From Octopus sinensis (taxonomy: Eukaryota): DNA of 64,000 nt. The DNA lies in contig NC_043010.1 of assembly GCF_006345805.1 (NCBI RefSeq), forward strand, positions 50,158,001-50,222,000, given 5' to 3'. The notes under the pieces are model-generated. The model did no database searches. It was not told where the DNA came from and worked only from the letters and a program-made list of their open reading frames with translations. The translations under genes and the position numbers were made by a program. The first letter of the stretch is position 1. Every line of letters begins with the position of its first letter. Below, one piece after another: positions 27,141 to 63,502 of the stretch.

Positions 27141-27961
27141 AACCTGCGATGGACTGGCGTCCCGTCCAGCTGAGGGGAACACATACGCCACGGAAACCGA
27201 GAAACCGGGCCCATGAGCCTGACTAGGCTTGAAAAGGGCGCATAAATTTTTTTAAAATGTTCTCTACAGCTTGATACCTTTCCTAACGCTAACTATTTCA
27301 GAGCATGTAGTGGGCACTTTTTTTCTTTCTTTCGCGCCATCAGCACGAGTTTTAGTCGCCATACAGTTCGCGAAAGTCTACGAACCGCGAGTGGTAGGCG
27401 TGATTTTTGGTAGGAATATGGTAGAAGTATGAGAAAAAGAGAAAAACTATTTCCTCTTGTAGAGGATCAAGTCTAAAGTGAGATAAAGAGAAAGAGAGAT
27501 AAAAGCTAACAAAACATAATAGAAAGAAGACAAAAGCAAGAGTACGTCTTTTTGTTGTCTTTTTATTAAAAACTTTTATTGTTCTACAAATTTTACACAC
27601 CGTCGACAAGCGTTGGGTCTTCCTTGTTGCTTTGGAAAGAAAAACAATGAATTTATTTGACTTAAATAATATAGTAAAATCGTTTCCTTTTGATGGTATA
27701 CATTTCTTTTGCATGCGTTTGCTTAGGACCTTTTGTTTTAGGGGACGAATAAAGCTGGGATAGAGTTTCTGAGTATATGGTTATGGAGTATGATCGCTGT
27801 TTTATTGCAGTATGAAATTGTAAGGTATTTGTGAGACGGGGTCGGGTGTGCGAGGTCTAGTGATTAGAATCAAACATCACATCATATCATATGCATACAT
27901 GCATATATACATACAAACATACACACATGCACATATGTATGTAGGCTTATATACATGTACG

Positions 27962-28012
<51 letters not shown>

Positions 28013-28330
28013 TGTGTGTGTGTGTATGTATGTATTATGTATGTATATATGTAAGCGTGCATATTTGTATTCCTGCATACACGTAACTATGTATATCTAT
28101 GAATATATTTGTTTATGAAGATATAGGTAATTATAAACATGCGTATATGCAGATTTATAGATACATACACAGACATACGTAGATTTATATATATAAGTTT
28201 TATTATAATAAATGTATGTATATATCGCCATGCTTGACCGCTAAATCCACAAGTTTTTTCTTATTATCTCTCTGTTTACAGACACATGCATGAATGCGTA
28301 TGTGTACTTTTATATATGTACGTACATACA

Positions 28331-28366
<36 letters not shown>

Positions 28367-29532
28367 TAATATACACATATATATACTTGTATATACATAC
28401 ATACATATATATATGTTTTATATGTATGCGCACACACGCACTTACATATACACTAAACTATACTGAGAGAGTGCGAATGTGAATGCGTGAGTGCGCGCGC
28501 GCGCGAGTGAGTGTCTGTGCGTGCGCGCGTACGTGCATGTTTGAGGAATTTCAGCTGAGAATGAAATATAGCTTACTCTACATTAACATTCAATGATAAA
28601 ATATTTTAACTGTGTTCCATCACATAAATATGTTTTTCGCTTCGTTGATTCTCAGTGATTTCTGACTTATGTTTTGGTACTCACTAACTGTTCTAACATA
28701 CCAATTTCTACCAACAATAATAGTAAATATTTTAAACTAATTTCAAATAAATTCAGAAATGCTCTTTTGTTATGTGGTCACTAACTGATAATTGCTTCTA
28801 ATTTATGAACAAATCTAGAAGTTTCGAAAGGAGATCATCGATGTCATCAACTCCAGCACTTGATTGGTACTTTATTTTATCGACCCCGAAAGGACGAAAG
28901 ATAAAGCTTTCCGCGGAGTCAAAAAGAAACACTACGTTTCACCAGCACGCCGGGGTCGGCACTGGGTTAAGCACAGTACTCTCTCTCCCTAGCGTGAAGC
29001 TTCCTATCTCGGACATGCGAGCATGCGCACAATAGCCAAACATCGCGTCGCTGGAACTGTGAAATGCACAGTTCTATACAAGGATTTTTGTATTTTTTTC
29101 ATAAACTTAAGGATTATATAATGTACAAGTATAAATAAAGAATTAAAGGAAAAAGAACTCATTATATTGAAAGCTATCGATAATATCGAGTGAAAATATA
29201 GGGTGATGCAGTTCCGCAGTGCCTATACATGAGCCGCCACTAGAAGAGAGTAAAGTAAAAATTTAGCTAGATCGTTCTTTTATCTGGCTACTAGTGTTAG
29301 TGAAAAGGATGTTGTTTTCATCCGTTTATAACTGTTTAGGAAAATAGGAAATATGGAAGCTGGAGAGAAAGAAAGGAAGAAAGACAGAGAGACAGAAAGA
29401 GTGAAAGAAAGAAAGAAAGAGAGAAAGAAAGAGAAGAAGGAGAAAGTGTTTATGACGTTATATATTGTATATAATATGAATATATGTGGCTTTTAACAAA
29501 CATCTTCCTTTTAATGCTTTCCTTAATGCTGG

Positions 29533-51896
<22,364 letters not shown>

Positions 51897-52083
51897 CTGG
51901 TGGCAAGAAAAAAATATCACCGTTCACTTGTTACAGATGTAAGAAAAAAAAAACAGCAGCAGCCTTTGGGTGTTTGTAATGACCAACTGACACGACTCTT
52001 CCTTTTGCGGGAGCGAGTTACAATATGACGTTGGTGTTTAAAGTTCAACTGATATATATCAGTGTGTGTGTGTGTGTGTGTGT

Positions 52084-52119
<36 letters not shown>

Positions 52120-52126
52120 ATGCGTA

Positions 52127-52162
<36 letters not shown>

Positions 52163-53049
52163 TTCATCTGTGCAAGCGTGTGAGACTCTCTCTGTACGGA
52201 TGTACAAGTGTGTGCATGTGTGCAGGCAAGTGTGCAGGCATGTGTGCAGGTAGGTGTATGTTTGTGTGTGCAAATGTGTGTGTGTGTATGTATGTGTGTG
52301 TGTGCGTGTGTGCGTGTGTGCCTGTGTGCCTGTGACAACGGGAAAACGTCACAACTGCCAAAGGTCGCATTATGCCGACATGTTTAATTATGTTGTAATC
52401 GGTAAAAATAAACAGAAGAGAAACGGTTTAATAATTTGCCCAAAATTCTGTTCTATATCATACCATCATCATCTTGGAGTGGCATCTAACTAGGCCAGCA
52501 CTAGGGTATATTGCTCGTTGCCGTTATTAGCCTGATTTCGTAGAGTCAATGATCAAAAAGGTTCCAGTCGTGACCATTTATATTTATTCTTTATCTTTGA
52601 TTTGTGTCAGTCCTTGGATTCTGGCCATGCTGGAACTCCGTCTTGATAAGGTTTAGTCGAACACTTCGCCTTCAGTACTTTTTCTTTATATTTGGTACTT
52701 ATTCTATCGGTCTCCTTTTGACAAACTGCTAGATCACGGAAATGTGAACAAATTCACACCCGTTGGCAGGGACAACAACAAGCACCAAGACACACTCACA
52801 TACATACATACATACATACATACATACATACATACATACATACATACATACATACATACATACGTACGTACGTACATACATAAATACATACATATATACA
52901 TACATACATACATAAATACATACATACATACATACATACATACATACATACATGTGTGTGTGTATGTGCGCTTATATATATATATGAAAGAAAAGAATGT
53001 AGTTAAGAAAGATACTTTAATTAAACAAATTGTCAGGATTGTAGCAAGA

Positions 53050-54960
53050 AAAGTAATTCTTTGGCAAAAGGCATCCATCCATTGTGTTATGATTGGATTA
53101 GTTAAACCGAAAATCTTAAACTTTTATCTAAAGTACCAAGCATTACTAAAATCTGTCAAAAATAGAAAAAAATGTGCCATTGTTTCAAACAAAGCGTAAT
53201 GTGTTTAAAAACAATGTAATAAAAGATTTATATGACATTTCTTGTTGCAAGTGCAATTTCTTTCAAAATTTCGGTTGTGGCAGAGACAAAAAAGCACCAG
53301 AGAGAACAAGATTTTTTACAGGATCAACGGACAAATTGAAAAATGATCATTGGGGGAATAGATCAAGCAGTATCTAAACAGAACGTTCAGAGGTTAATTA
53401 GAAAGAATCGGCCAGAGCACAGCCGGCCTTCTACGTCAGCAAAGGATTCTGAATTGATAGCGTTGTCATCAAGCAGTGAATCTGGAAATTAATCAGGTGA
53501 AGGTGAAGATGAAGATTCTCCAATTCCATTTTCCACGAAACGAAAAGACGTCAGCAAAAACCTAAGTTCGAAACCACCAATAAAACGAATGAAATTCCCA
53601 GAACTAGCTTCTGCCTGTGACCGCACCGGTGTGTCAGATCGTGCTACTGCTCTTACACGTTCGGTCATCAGCGACTTAACGGCAAGTGCATCTGGTGAAT
53701 GTTCTTTCGTTATAGACAGATCGAAAGTAAGGCGGGAACGATCCAGAAAACGTAAATCTCTGCAGCAGCAAGGCGGGTCATATAAACCATTATTTGCCGT
53801 GTATTTTGATGGAAGGAGGGACATAACCCACGTAAGTGAACAAATAGGAAAAACATTTCGTAAGAAAACGATTCAAAAAGAACAGATTTCTTTGAAAGAA
53901 GAACCTGAGTCCCGCCATCTTGGGCACTTCGCTGTTAAAACGGGTTCTGCAAAAGTAATGTCCGATGGTTTGTTGAATTATTTGGAAACCAATGAGATAA
54001 TAACCAATCACATGATAGCTGTAGGCTGCGATGGTTCTGCAGTCAATACAGGACCAAAAGGAGGCGCCAATTAGACTTTGGGAGGATAAATTGAAGAAGC
54101 CATTGCATTGGCTTGTGTGTCAGCTCCACACAAATTTGCTTCCCTTACACCATCTTATTAATCATCTCGACGGAAAAACTAACGGACCACGTGGATTTCT
54201 TGGTCCGATTGGTAAGAGACTGGAGTGATGTGAAACACTAAGTGTTGTGAAATTTAATCAGCTTCCAACGTACTTACCATCAGTAGATAGAAATGATCTC
54301 AGCACTGATCAAAAATACCTTCTTGATATCCACCAGTCTATTTCTAAAAGGAAATGTTCATCTGAAATGGCATAAAGGGATCGCGATAAAATGGCACATT
54401 CTCGATGGCTTACAACTCCAAATCGTATGCTACGGTTGTATGTTGCCACCGAGAATCCTTCTAACACGATGAAATTAATTGTTGCCTATATAATGAAAGT
54501 TTATGTGCCAATGTGGTTCACAATTAAACGAAACAGTTCCTCGGAAAATGAGGCCCTAAATGTGTTCAAGACGATTAAGTCTTCGAGAGAAATGGATCAA
54601 GCGGTACAAGACATTGTGTTTCCAGTTGTACAACGGAATGCTTACTTCGAACACCCAGAAAATATTTTACTGGGCATGATAAACGATGAACGTAGCCACA
54701 TTCCAGAACTAGCATGGAGGCGCAGAAAGCAGGCTTGAACACAGTAAAAAGGAAAATCTGTGCGACCTTTCAAAGTTCCTACCCTAAACTTTGCCACTCA
54801 AACTACATGGACATAATTAAATGGCAGGACACTATTCTTAATGAACCACCTCTCACAAGAAACACGAGCAATTTCCGATGAAAAAGTTGATACCTTCATT
54901 CAACAGCGGAATTTGGTGCAACTGGAAAAATTACCGATGGAAAGAAAAGAAAAAAGAAAG
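53050..54960 (+). mobile_element. Decayed hAT-superfamily-like transposase
   Basis: YFDGRRD, GCDGSAVNTG, WLVCQLH (CxxH), HSRWLTT and RNAYFEHPEN motifs across frameshifts. Confidence 0.75.
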
Positions 54961-55329
54961 AAAAATAATGAAAGGGAAAAGGAAAGAAAGATTATTTTTG
55001 CTTGTATGATAACACTTATACTAACCTAGAAACGAGGCCGTCATTTTATCGTCTGCCAAGTTTATTGTTCCGAAAGATGATTCATAACTATTCTCTTTAT
55101 TATGTTCAATAACGTGCTTAATTGTACTACAGACATCTGTTTGATCAAAGTCTAAAACATTTAATTATCCATTGATTCATTATCTGTGACATTTTCTCTC
55201 TCTCTCTCTCTCAAACACACACAGACACACGCACACACGCACAAACACAAACACAAACACACAGATACACACATATATATATGTAATCATGTATAGATAT
55301 ATATCGGTACATTTCAATTACACACATAC

Positions 55330-55429
<100 letters not shown>

Positions 55430-55579
55430 GGAGTATACACATAAATGTGAAACAAGGTGGAAAAAAGAGTACTCAAATACCAGTGGTAGAGTAATATGCT
55501 TTAATTAAAGCAGCAGAAAATTCAACAAAACCTGTTACTCTGAGTTTCCCGTTGCCGTTCATCGGACAGTTTTTGCTAG

Positions 55580-55645
<66 letters not shown>

Positions 55646-55809
55646 GTATGTATATAGCGAGAAGTTGAGGTTATAAGAGATAATGGTGTCATTGATATCC
55701 AAAGGTGTCAGGTAATGCTGAACAAGTGCTATAGACAGACCATAGTTAAGTTCTAGATTCGGTAATATTGCTAATAAAGGGTTCAACGTTGGTTCTATGT
55801 CAGCGTGTG

Positions 55810-55933
55810 TATATAAGAATTTTTTGCGTAATAAGATAAAAAAACAAACAAGGCTGTATAGATATTAGAGTATTTGCTCTAATATCTATACAGCCTTGGT
55901 TTTTTATCTTATTACGCAAAAAATTCTGATATA
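55810..55933. repeat. Near-perfect 124-nt palindrome
   Basis: 22-bp perfect inner arms (55849-55870 / 55877-55898) with a 6-nt loop, plus about 35-bp outer arms. Confidence 0.9.
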
Positions 55934-58049
55934 TATATATATACCTTCGAAACGCGGAGTAGCCGAAACAGGGACAACTGAAGAAGGGGAATATTCCTTG
56001 TGTTGTATATCTTGCACTCTGTTTTTTCGTTGTTTGAAAAAAAGTCCGTTTCCATGTTTTTGTGTTTGTTTTCGTTTCTTATTGTGTCCAACGTTTTTTT
56101 TTTGTGTCCTATACCCATATATGCATGTATATATACATATTGATGTAGGTATGTACATATATGTATGTATATATGCATATGTTTATATATTATTTTGTTA
56201 TTATATATACTCTTTTACTTGTTTCAGTCATTTGACTGCGGCCATGCTGGAGCACCGCCAGTACTTATTCTATCGGTCTCTTTTGCCGAACCGCTAAGTG
56301 ACGGGGACGTAAACACACCAACATCGGTTGTCAAGCAATGCTAGGGGGACAAACACAGACACAAACACATACACACACACATATATATATATATACATAT
56401 ATACGACGGGCTTCTTTCAGTTTCCGTCTACCAAATCCACTCACAAGGCATTGGTCGGCCCGAGGCTATAGCAGAAGACACTTGCCCAAGATGCCATGCA
56501 GTGGGACTGAACCTGGAACCATGTGGTTGATTAGCAAGCTACTTACCACACAGCCACTCCTGCGCCTATGTATATATATATTAATAATGTGTTTTGAATG
56601 GCACAACAATGCACTGTATTAACAACAATGGACTATAATAATTGTTGTAATTTAGTCATCCATAATCTGATATAATAATTGCGGAATATAAAAATTCCTT
56701 CTTCAGATATCCCTAGGGATTGATCTCAAGTCACTGCTACAATCGATTTTCCAACGGCTTTTTCTTTTTTTCTCTTTTTTGCCCCCTTCTTCCTTCTTTC
56801 CTTTGTTTTCCCCACTTTTTTTTCTTTCCCCGGAAGTGTCTCTGCTATGGTCTCATGAAGCTCCTGGCTTACTGGAAAACAGTTAAAAAATTTCGAATAG
56901 CGACTACTAAAACAACGAATTTCAAAGAAAACTTACGAGCTACGAACAGGCGTCCTTTCTAGTATAGGCACAATGCCTGAAATTTTGGGGAGGGGACTAG
57001 GTCGGTTACATTGACCCCAGTGTTTCTTTGGTATTTAATTTATCGATTCCGGAAGGATGAAAGGCAAAGTCGACCTCGGCGGAATTTGAACTAAGAACGT
57101 AAGGACAGATGAAATTCTGATAAGGATTTTACCCGGCGTGTACAAATTACTAATTATTGTTTATTCGTGTTATCAGAAGACATCATTCACTCAAGATTAA
57201 TGAAGAGACAACTTATTTGATAAATAAATCAACCGAACCTGTAACATCAGACCATATAACATTATTTGATAACGATTTCATTAGAAATAGAGGAACCGAC
57301 CTCTGCTGAGGTCAATGAACCTTTAATACATTTCTGAAACAATTACTGAAGAAAAAATTTGGACATACATTTCCGGTTTTTTTTTTTTATGAAACATAGG
57401 TGTTGGTATAGGTGTATGATTAAGAAGCTAATTTGCAATGACCTGGTGTTGGGTTCAGTCTTGCTGCGCAGAACATTGGGCAAGTGCCTTCTATTATAAG
57501 CCCCGGGGCGACCAATGTTATGTGAGAGAATCTAATGAAAGGCAACTGCGTGAAATCCCCTTATGTGTATGTGTATTTTTGTCTGTGTCTACATCACTCT
57601 GCACCGCTTAACAACCAGTGTCGATTTATTTACGCCTCACAACTTAGCTGTTCATTAAGGTGTGTGCCTTGTGGTTAGGGTGTTACACCCACGGGCCTAC
57701 TGTCGTGGTTTCGTTTTCTGGATCGGGCGGTGCGTTGTGTTCTTGAGCGAAACACTTCATTTCACGTTGCCCCAGTCCACTCAGCTGCAAATGAGTTTCA
57801 GCAATACGCAGCTGGGAAGTCAATCCTACGATGGATCGACGTTCCTTTCAGTGGTGGTGGGCGAGGCGTGTTGTATTCTTAGTCTTTTGTCGGCGAAGAA
57901 AATGTGTTAAACACTGCCCTTATGAGTCGTGGCGCTCATGACAGATCTACGATCCAGGCCAGACAAAGCTCCAAAAGAAAATTATTATACAACGTGGAAA
58001 TTATACACTTCCTTGGAGAGCAAGTACTTGCTTTTAAGGCTAAAATCGA

Positions 58050-58278
58050 CATTGTTGGCTAAATAGACAATGGAAATATTTTGGGAGTTTTGGAACTAAT
58101 TAATTATCACTATAACACTAAGATTAACCATTCGAACAAATTTAGGGCTTCGAAAATTTAAAAATAAGGCCATGCAAGCGCATTATTTATCCCCTGATAC
58201 ACGAAATGAATTAATTAATCGTTGCGCTGATCAAATTAAAAGGGTTATTCCAAGAGAATTTCAATGTGTGAACTATTA
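58050..58278 (+). mobile_element. hAT (DUF4371-type) transposase fragment
   Basis: DNGNILGVLELI and HYLSPDTRNELINRCADQIKRVI. Confidence 0.6.
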
Positions 58279-58534
58279 ATTTCAAATTTTGGCACAAGGC
58301 TAGCAAATTTGAAAGAAGGGCATAAGTCGGTTACATCGACCCCAGTGTTCAACTGGTAGTTATTTTATCGACCCCCAAAAGGATAAAAGGCAAATAAGAT
58401 ATCTTTTCGAGACAAATTTTTCCGCTTTGTAAGGGTAACTTACCCAGTATTCCTGCTGTTCTAACGGCAATTCTGCGTTCGAAAAACATACATCATCTTA
58501 TTTGTAGCGTACAATATTCCAAAGTTGGCACTCT

Positions 58535-58790
58535 TTCGATTATAACTCGACAAGATCAAAACACTTCACTTCGGGTATTTCCGTGGAAGCAAATGACAGT
58601 TCGATTCTGTTTTCTGCTTGGAAATTTGCGGATTTTACATACACACCTGAAACAGGTAAGAACAAATATGCAAGGCTTTTTTTCTTCAAGTTTAAAATGA
58701 GACATTGCTGGCATAATTTCGATATATCTATACTCCACAACCCACGGAAATATCCGGTGAAATGGCTCGACCTTGTCGAGCTATATCGAA
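58535..58790. mobile_element. Inverted-repeat (MITE-like) element
   Basis: TATAACTCGACAAGATC...TATTTCCGTGG mirrored by CCACGGAAATA...CTTGTCGAGCTATA. Confidence 0.55.
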
Positions 58791-58994
58791 GGAATGCCCA
58801 AAAGTGTCCGTCATTTTGTTGTTTTTCCTGTCCGACTTCGTATCGTCTATCTATCCGGATGATTTATTGTCTGTTGCGTTCTTGTTCAATCTTTTCTTTT
58901 TTTTTTTTTATGATTTATGTATACATATAGCGGCATACGTACACTTTTGTTCACCTTGTAAGATATGTGGATCTTACAGAGGGAAATTTCAATG

Positions 58995-59270
58995 CAAGAT
59001 TTCGTAATCACACAGTTAGCTTCAGAGACTGGATAAACGCAAGGCAACTAAATTATCCAGTTATATTTCGTCTTTAAAATAGCAACGGATTGACTTAGCA
59101 TTAGCTGGGAAATATTGGCAAAATGCAAACCTTATTCTAATGGTAGTAGTAGTAAATGCAGTTTGTGTGAAATGGAGAGATGGCTTATCTGGAAGAGTAC
59201 TTTAGATTCAAATACATGTTTAAATTCAAGGTATGAAGAACTTGTCAACATATCAGAAAATTCCTGCAAG
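58995..59270 (+). mobile_element. Penelope-like element 3' (GIY-YIG C-terminal) fragment
   Basis: ISWEILAKCKPY...KCSLCEMER...LNSRYEEL. Confidence 0.65.
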
Positions 59271-60224
59271 GGGTTTACCCCCCACCCCTACCGCAAGGTA
59301 ATACTTGAAGATTTCATCGACTTATTCCTCATAATATATATATATATATAAGATGAAACTTACTTGGAAATGGGTGCGTGGCGTTCAATCAAATAATAAT
59401 ATAAACAATATATATATATATATCACGTGACTGACCAGACCATCAGACATTGTTACACATCGCTGGTCACAATGCGTTCGCATTGTTTTAGCCTTCGAAT
59501 GACCCCACCCCGCTGGCTAAGCGAGCAGGCCAACAGAAGAAAGAGTGGTGAAAGAGTACAGCAGGGATCACCACCCCCTGCCGGAGCCTCGTGGAGCTTT
59601 TTTAGGTGTTTTCGCTCAAACACTGACAACGCCCGGTCTGGGAACGCGCGGTCGTAGGATCGTGGTTTCGATATATATATATGCATATATACACACATAT
59701 GTACACACAGCGAACGCTGGAAGAAGATTCTTGTTCTCTCTCTCTCACCCTTTCGATTTTTCTCTCATTCTTTGTCTAATTCTTTTTTCTCCCATTCACC
59801 GTTTTCTGTCTCTGTCTCTCTTCCTCTTCCTCCTTTACTCGCTCTCGTTGCTCACACTTGACCATCGTCCATCTTTCCTTTCCTCACGTTATCATTCTTT
59901 TCCTTTAGTCTGTTGTGCAGTCCAGACGCATTCCTATCTCTTCTCTTATCATAGAATCTTCTTCCAGCGATCACTACCTTACCTCGCCTGAGCCTGACGG
60001 CCTCCCTGTTTCTATTCGTTTGTTGTAAGTCCTGTTTTTGTTACCAACGTTGTCCCTCCTCAAATCTCAAATGTTATTTTGGTTCCCTGGAGCAACTGCC
60101 TTCGTTTTTTATGTTACTTGTCTTGTTTTCCATTGTTTCTCTCCTTCTTTGAATACCCAACGTTATTTTCGTATTTCATGTTGTTTACGTTTTGTGACGT
60201 CCTGTACCTATATATATATATATA

Positions 60225-60417
60225 CAACTAAAAATAAGGGTGTCTAGGAGACACCACTATGCCGAAATAGCAGTCAAAACCCTGACTTTAAAAACCACGT
60301 TAAATGTTCATATCGTACCATGAGATAAGACAGAGGGACAAAATAGACTAGCAAAAAATATTTTTTGACTGCTATTTCGGCATGGTGGTATCTCTTAGAC
60401 ACCCTTATTTTTAGTTG
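60225..60417. mobile_element. MITE with about 55-bp TIRs and TA TSD
   Basis: CAACTAAAAATAAGGGTGTCTAGGAGACACCACTATGCCGAAATAGCAGTCAAAA mirrored with 3 mismatches; TA on both sides. Confidence 0.8.
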
Positions 60418-61417
60418 TAAAATAATTATTACCTTTGTACGGTATTTTTTCCCATGCTTAGCCACTTGATAATATCGATATTATCCTTATTTATAAATAT
60501 ATATATATATATATACACATACACAAACTATAGATTTAGAGTTACTTCCCTTTTATACTTTGTTTTTCGTTATTTTCAATTTTACATGAGTTGCTCCCCT
60601 TGAATTTTAGCCTTGTAATGCAATTTTAAAATTATTTTCCTTCATACAACTTTGTTATATACATTGGCTGAAGATGATCTGCCTTTGTGGGTTGCTTGAA
60701 ACTCGGAGTACCACTTTATGACAATTTACTGTATATTCTAATATTTTTTAAGCTATCCTCTATTTGATATCTTGAGGTCTAATTATTTTTGTGCATACTT
60801 CAATACAGCGTATATACTCTTTTACTTGTTTCAGTCATTTGACTGTGGCCATGCTGGAGTACTGCCTTTAGTCGAGCAAATCGCTTAACAACCTATGCTG
60901 GTGTGTTTACGTCCCCGTAACTTAACTGTTCGACAAAAAAGACCGACAGAATAAGTACTAGGCTTGCAAAGATTAAGACCTGGGGTCGATTTGCTCGACT
61001 AAAGGCGGTGCTCCAGCATGGCCACAGTCACATGACTGAAACAAGTAAAAGAGTAAAGAGTATATATATATATATTATGTTATTGTGTCTGAGAAGAGTC
61101 ATTCCCTTTTAGCTACTTATTAATTTAACACACTCACCAATCTGATTTCCACTCATTTACTTCTTTATTTTTACTAAAATTTTCGTTGTCTTGCAAACGT
61201 TTCCATAGTCTTTGACTGTCCGTTATTAGAACAGCGTTTCTTTCTGTATGCTTGTTTGTGCGTCTGCGTGTATCTCTGTGCATACACATATGTATGTATA
61301 CATGTATGGGTCTGTGCATGCTTGTATGTATGTACTCCGCATGTGTGTATGCATGTATTCTGCATAACCATGCGTCTGTTGGTTTGTAGTAATGTCAGTT
61401 GCAATTTGGTTGTGGGA

Positions 61418-61690
61418 TTATTTTATAATCAAAATGTCCAGAAATGGGAGCTGTTCCTTGCTATATTCCATTGTAAATTGAATATTGGAGTTTATACTGT
61501 TTGGTGTGGATTTGAAATCCAGAAGTTTATCATAGGTTTCATTCCAGATGATAAAACAATTGTCTAGGTACCTTTTCCAGTTTTCTCTTATATACTGGTG
61601 GAATGGGGATCCAAATTTTTGGAGTAAAAGTTCATATAGGGTAGATTCAAAGAAACCCGTTATATATATCACATGGGAAAATGCGAGCAT
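61418..61690 (-). mobile_element. Penelope RT fragment
   Basis: NWKRYLDNCFIIW...FTMEYSKEQLPFLDILI; same family as 32.3-35.1 kb. Confidence 0.85.
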
Positions 61691-62852
61691 GAAAAGTAAT
61701 ATTCTTAAGATTATAAACCTGGAAAAGTACAGGACAAGTTGTTACACCTGGAAAAGTATAGGACAAACTATTACTTCTAGTAAAGAATAAGAAACTTTTT
61801 ACTTAAAATATTGCAGCAAAGAATGCCAGTTCTTCTAATTTATCACTCTTTACAGTTCTCATCTTTAAGTTTATTGTACAAAACTGTTCAGTTAATTTTT
61901 AAGTTTGCCTAATTAGTCACTTTTTTCTGTATTTAAGGTAGTATATTAGCTAAATTCTACTTAAATAAGGAAAGTGTTATTTGTAAACTATAATAAAATA
62001 TTTTTTAATATTCAAATATTAATTTTAGCTGCAACATTTTAAGTTGGCAAGCATGGTGGCAAGTATGGTGTTCATGCCTAGATGCTCTTCCTAATGCTAA
62101 CCACCTTACAGAGTGGTCTGTTTTGGCATGGATGCATGTATGTATATAGTTGTGTGTGTATGTGTGTGTGCATGTGCGTTCATCATCATTTGCACAGTCA
62201 CGTTTCTGAGCATGGGTTACATGGAATTCACTGAGGCAGGCTGTCTCTGACTGGATGCCTTTCTTGTTGCCATCTGTTTCTGAGCAAGGTAATATTTCCC
62301 TTAGGTTGGATAAGCTTTCATAGAGAATCAGAAACAAGCAACACAGCTTGTGTAACAGTGAGATATGTTTACAACTATTGCACACACACACATGATAGAC
62401 TTCTTTCAGTTTCTGCTAATCAAATATACTCAAAAGGTTTTATATATAATATTTATGTATTTATGAAATTATTGTCATATTTATTACAATGAGCATTGAA
62501 ATGCTATTAAGAAAATATGCAGGCATAAAATAAATGTATATAAATCTATAGACGTACAATTTTCCCTCTGTCTCTCTCTCTCTATATATGTATATACACA
62601 GACATAGACAGATAGATACAAACACGTGTGTATATATCATCATCATCATCATATATGAATAGATAGATAGATTAATAAATAGACAAATATACATATATAT
62701 ATATATATGTATATATAAAAAATATGTTTATAGAGATAGATACATGTGTACATGTGTGTGTCTGTGTGCGTGTATTTGCATAAACATGAACATGTATGTG
62801 TGTGTGCGTGTGTGTGTGTGTATACTAGCAAATGCAACAACAACCTCAGTAG

Positions 62853-63303
62853 TCAATAATCATTCTTTTTCTGCCTCCGGTCTTTATGTGAAAATCTTCT
62901 GTGATGAGGCTCCTTATGACCCTGATATCCTTGCTGACTGGGTTGCTCATCAAAGTCGTACATACCAAATTGGCGTCTCAGATTGGAGAAATAGGGTTTT
63001 TGCTCATGAGGTGCATATTTATAGGGATTATACCGATAACAATTCTGTTGATAAGGTCTCTGTTGATAGGGTCTCTGTTGATAAGGCAATTGCAGATAGG
63101 GTTCTTGTTGATAAGGCGCTGTTTGATGAGAGTAATTTGGGACATCTTGTGAGTGAAGGGCATTATTAGAAAAATTGTCACCATCTTGTTGTTGCCGTTT
63201 TTTGCTTTTCTGCTTTTTTATCTTGGAATTTGGTAAAGGAAGCTGACTAGACTCTTTTGATTTGCTGTTGGATAGTGAAAAATCAAATTTTCTTGGAACA
63301 AGT
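62853..63303 (-). CDS. Probable terminal coding exon of an unidentified gene; basic, Q/P/Y-rich, with PYQQ repeats
   Basis: Strong acceptor TTTTTTATTTTTATAG before 63303; about 149 stop-free codons of non-microsatellite sequence to TGA at 62853. Confidence 0.55.
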
Positions 63304-63456
63304 CTATAAAAATAAAAAATAGAATAAAAAATCATAAAGTAATGAAAAACATATAAATGGTGAGAAAAATATTATTTTGAATTAAACACTTAGAAACATC
63401 TACATATATACATTATTTACATTTAACGGATATCTGTCCTCATCTTGTTTGTTGTT

Positions 63457-63502
63457 AACACAATGTTTCGACTGATATACCCTCCAGCCTTCATCAGGTG
63501 TC
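63457..63502 (-). ncRNA. Degenerate minimal hammerhead motif
   Basis: GACAC-CTGATGA-A-GGCTG...CAGTC-GAAA-C-AT-T-GTGTT; stem III carries a probable CpG-decay change. Confidence 0.45.
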
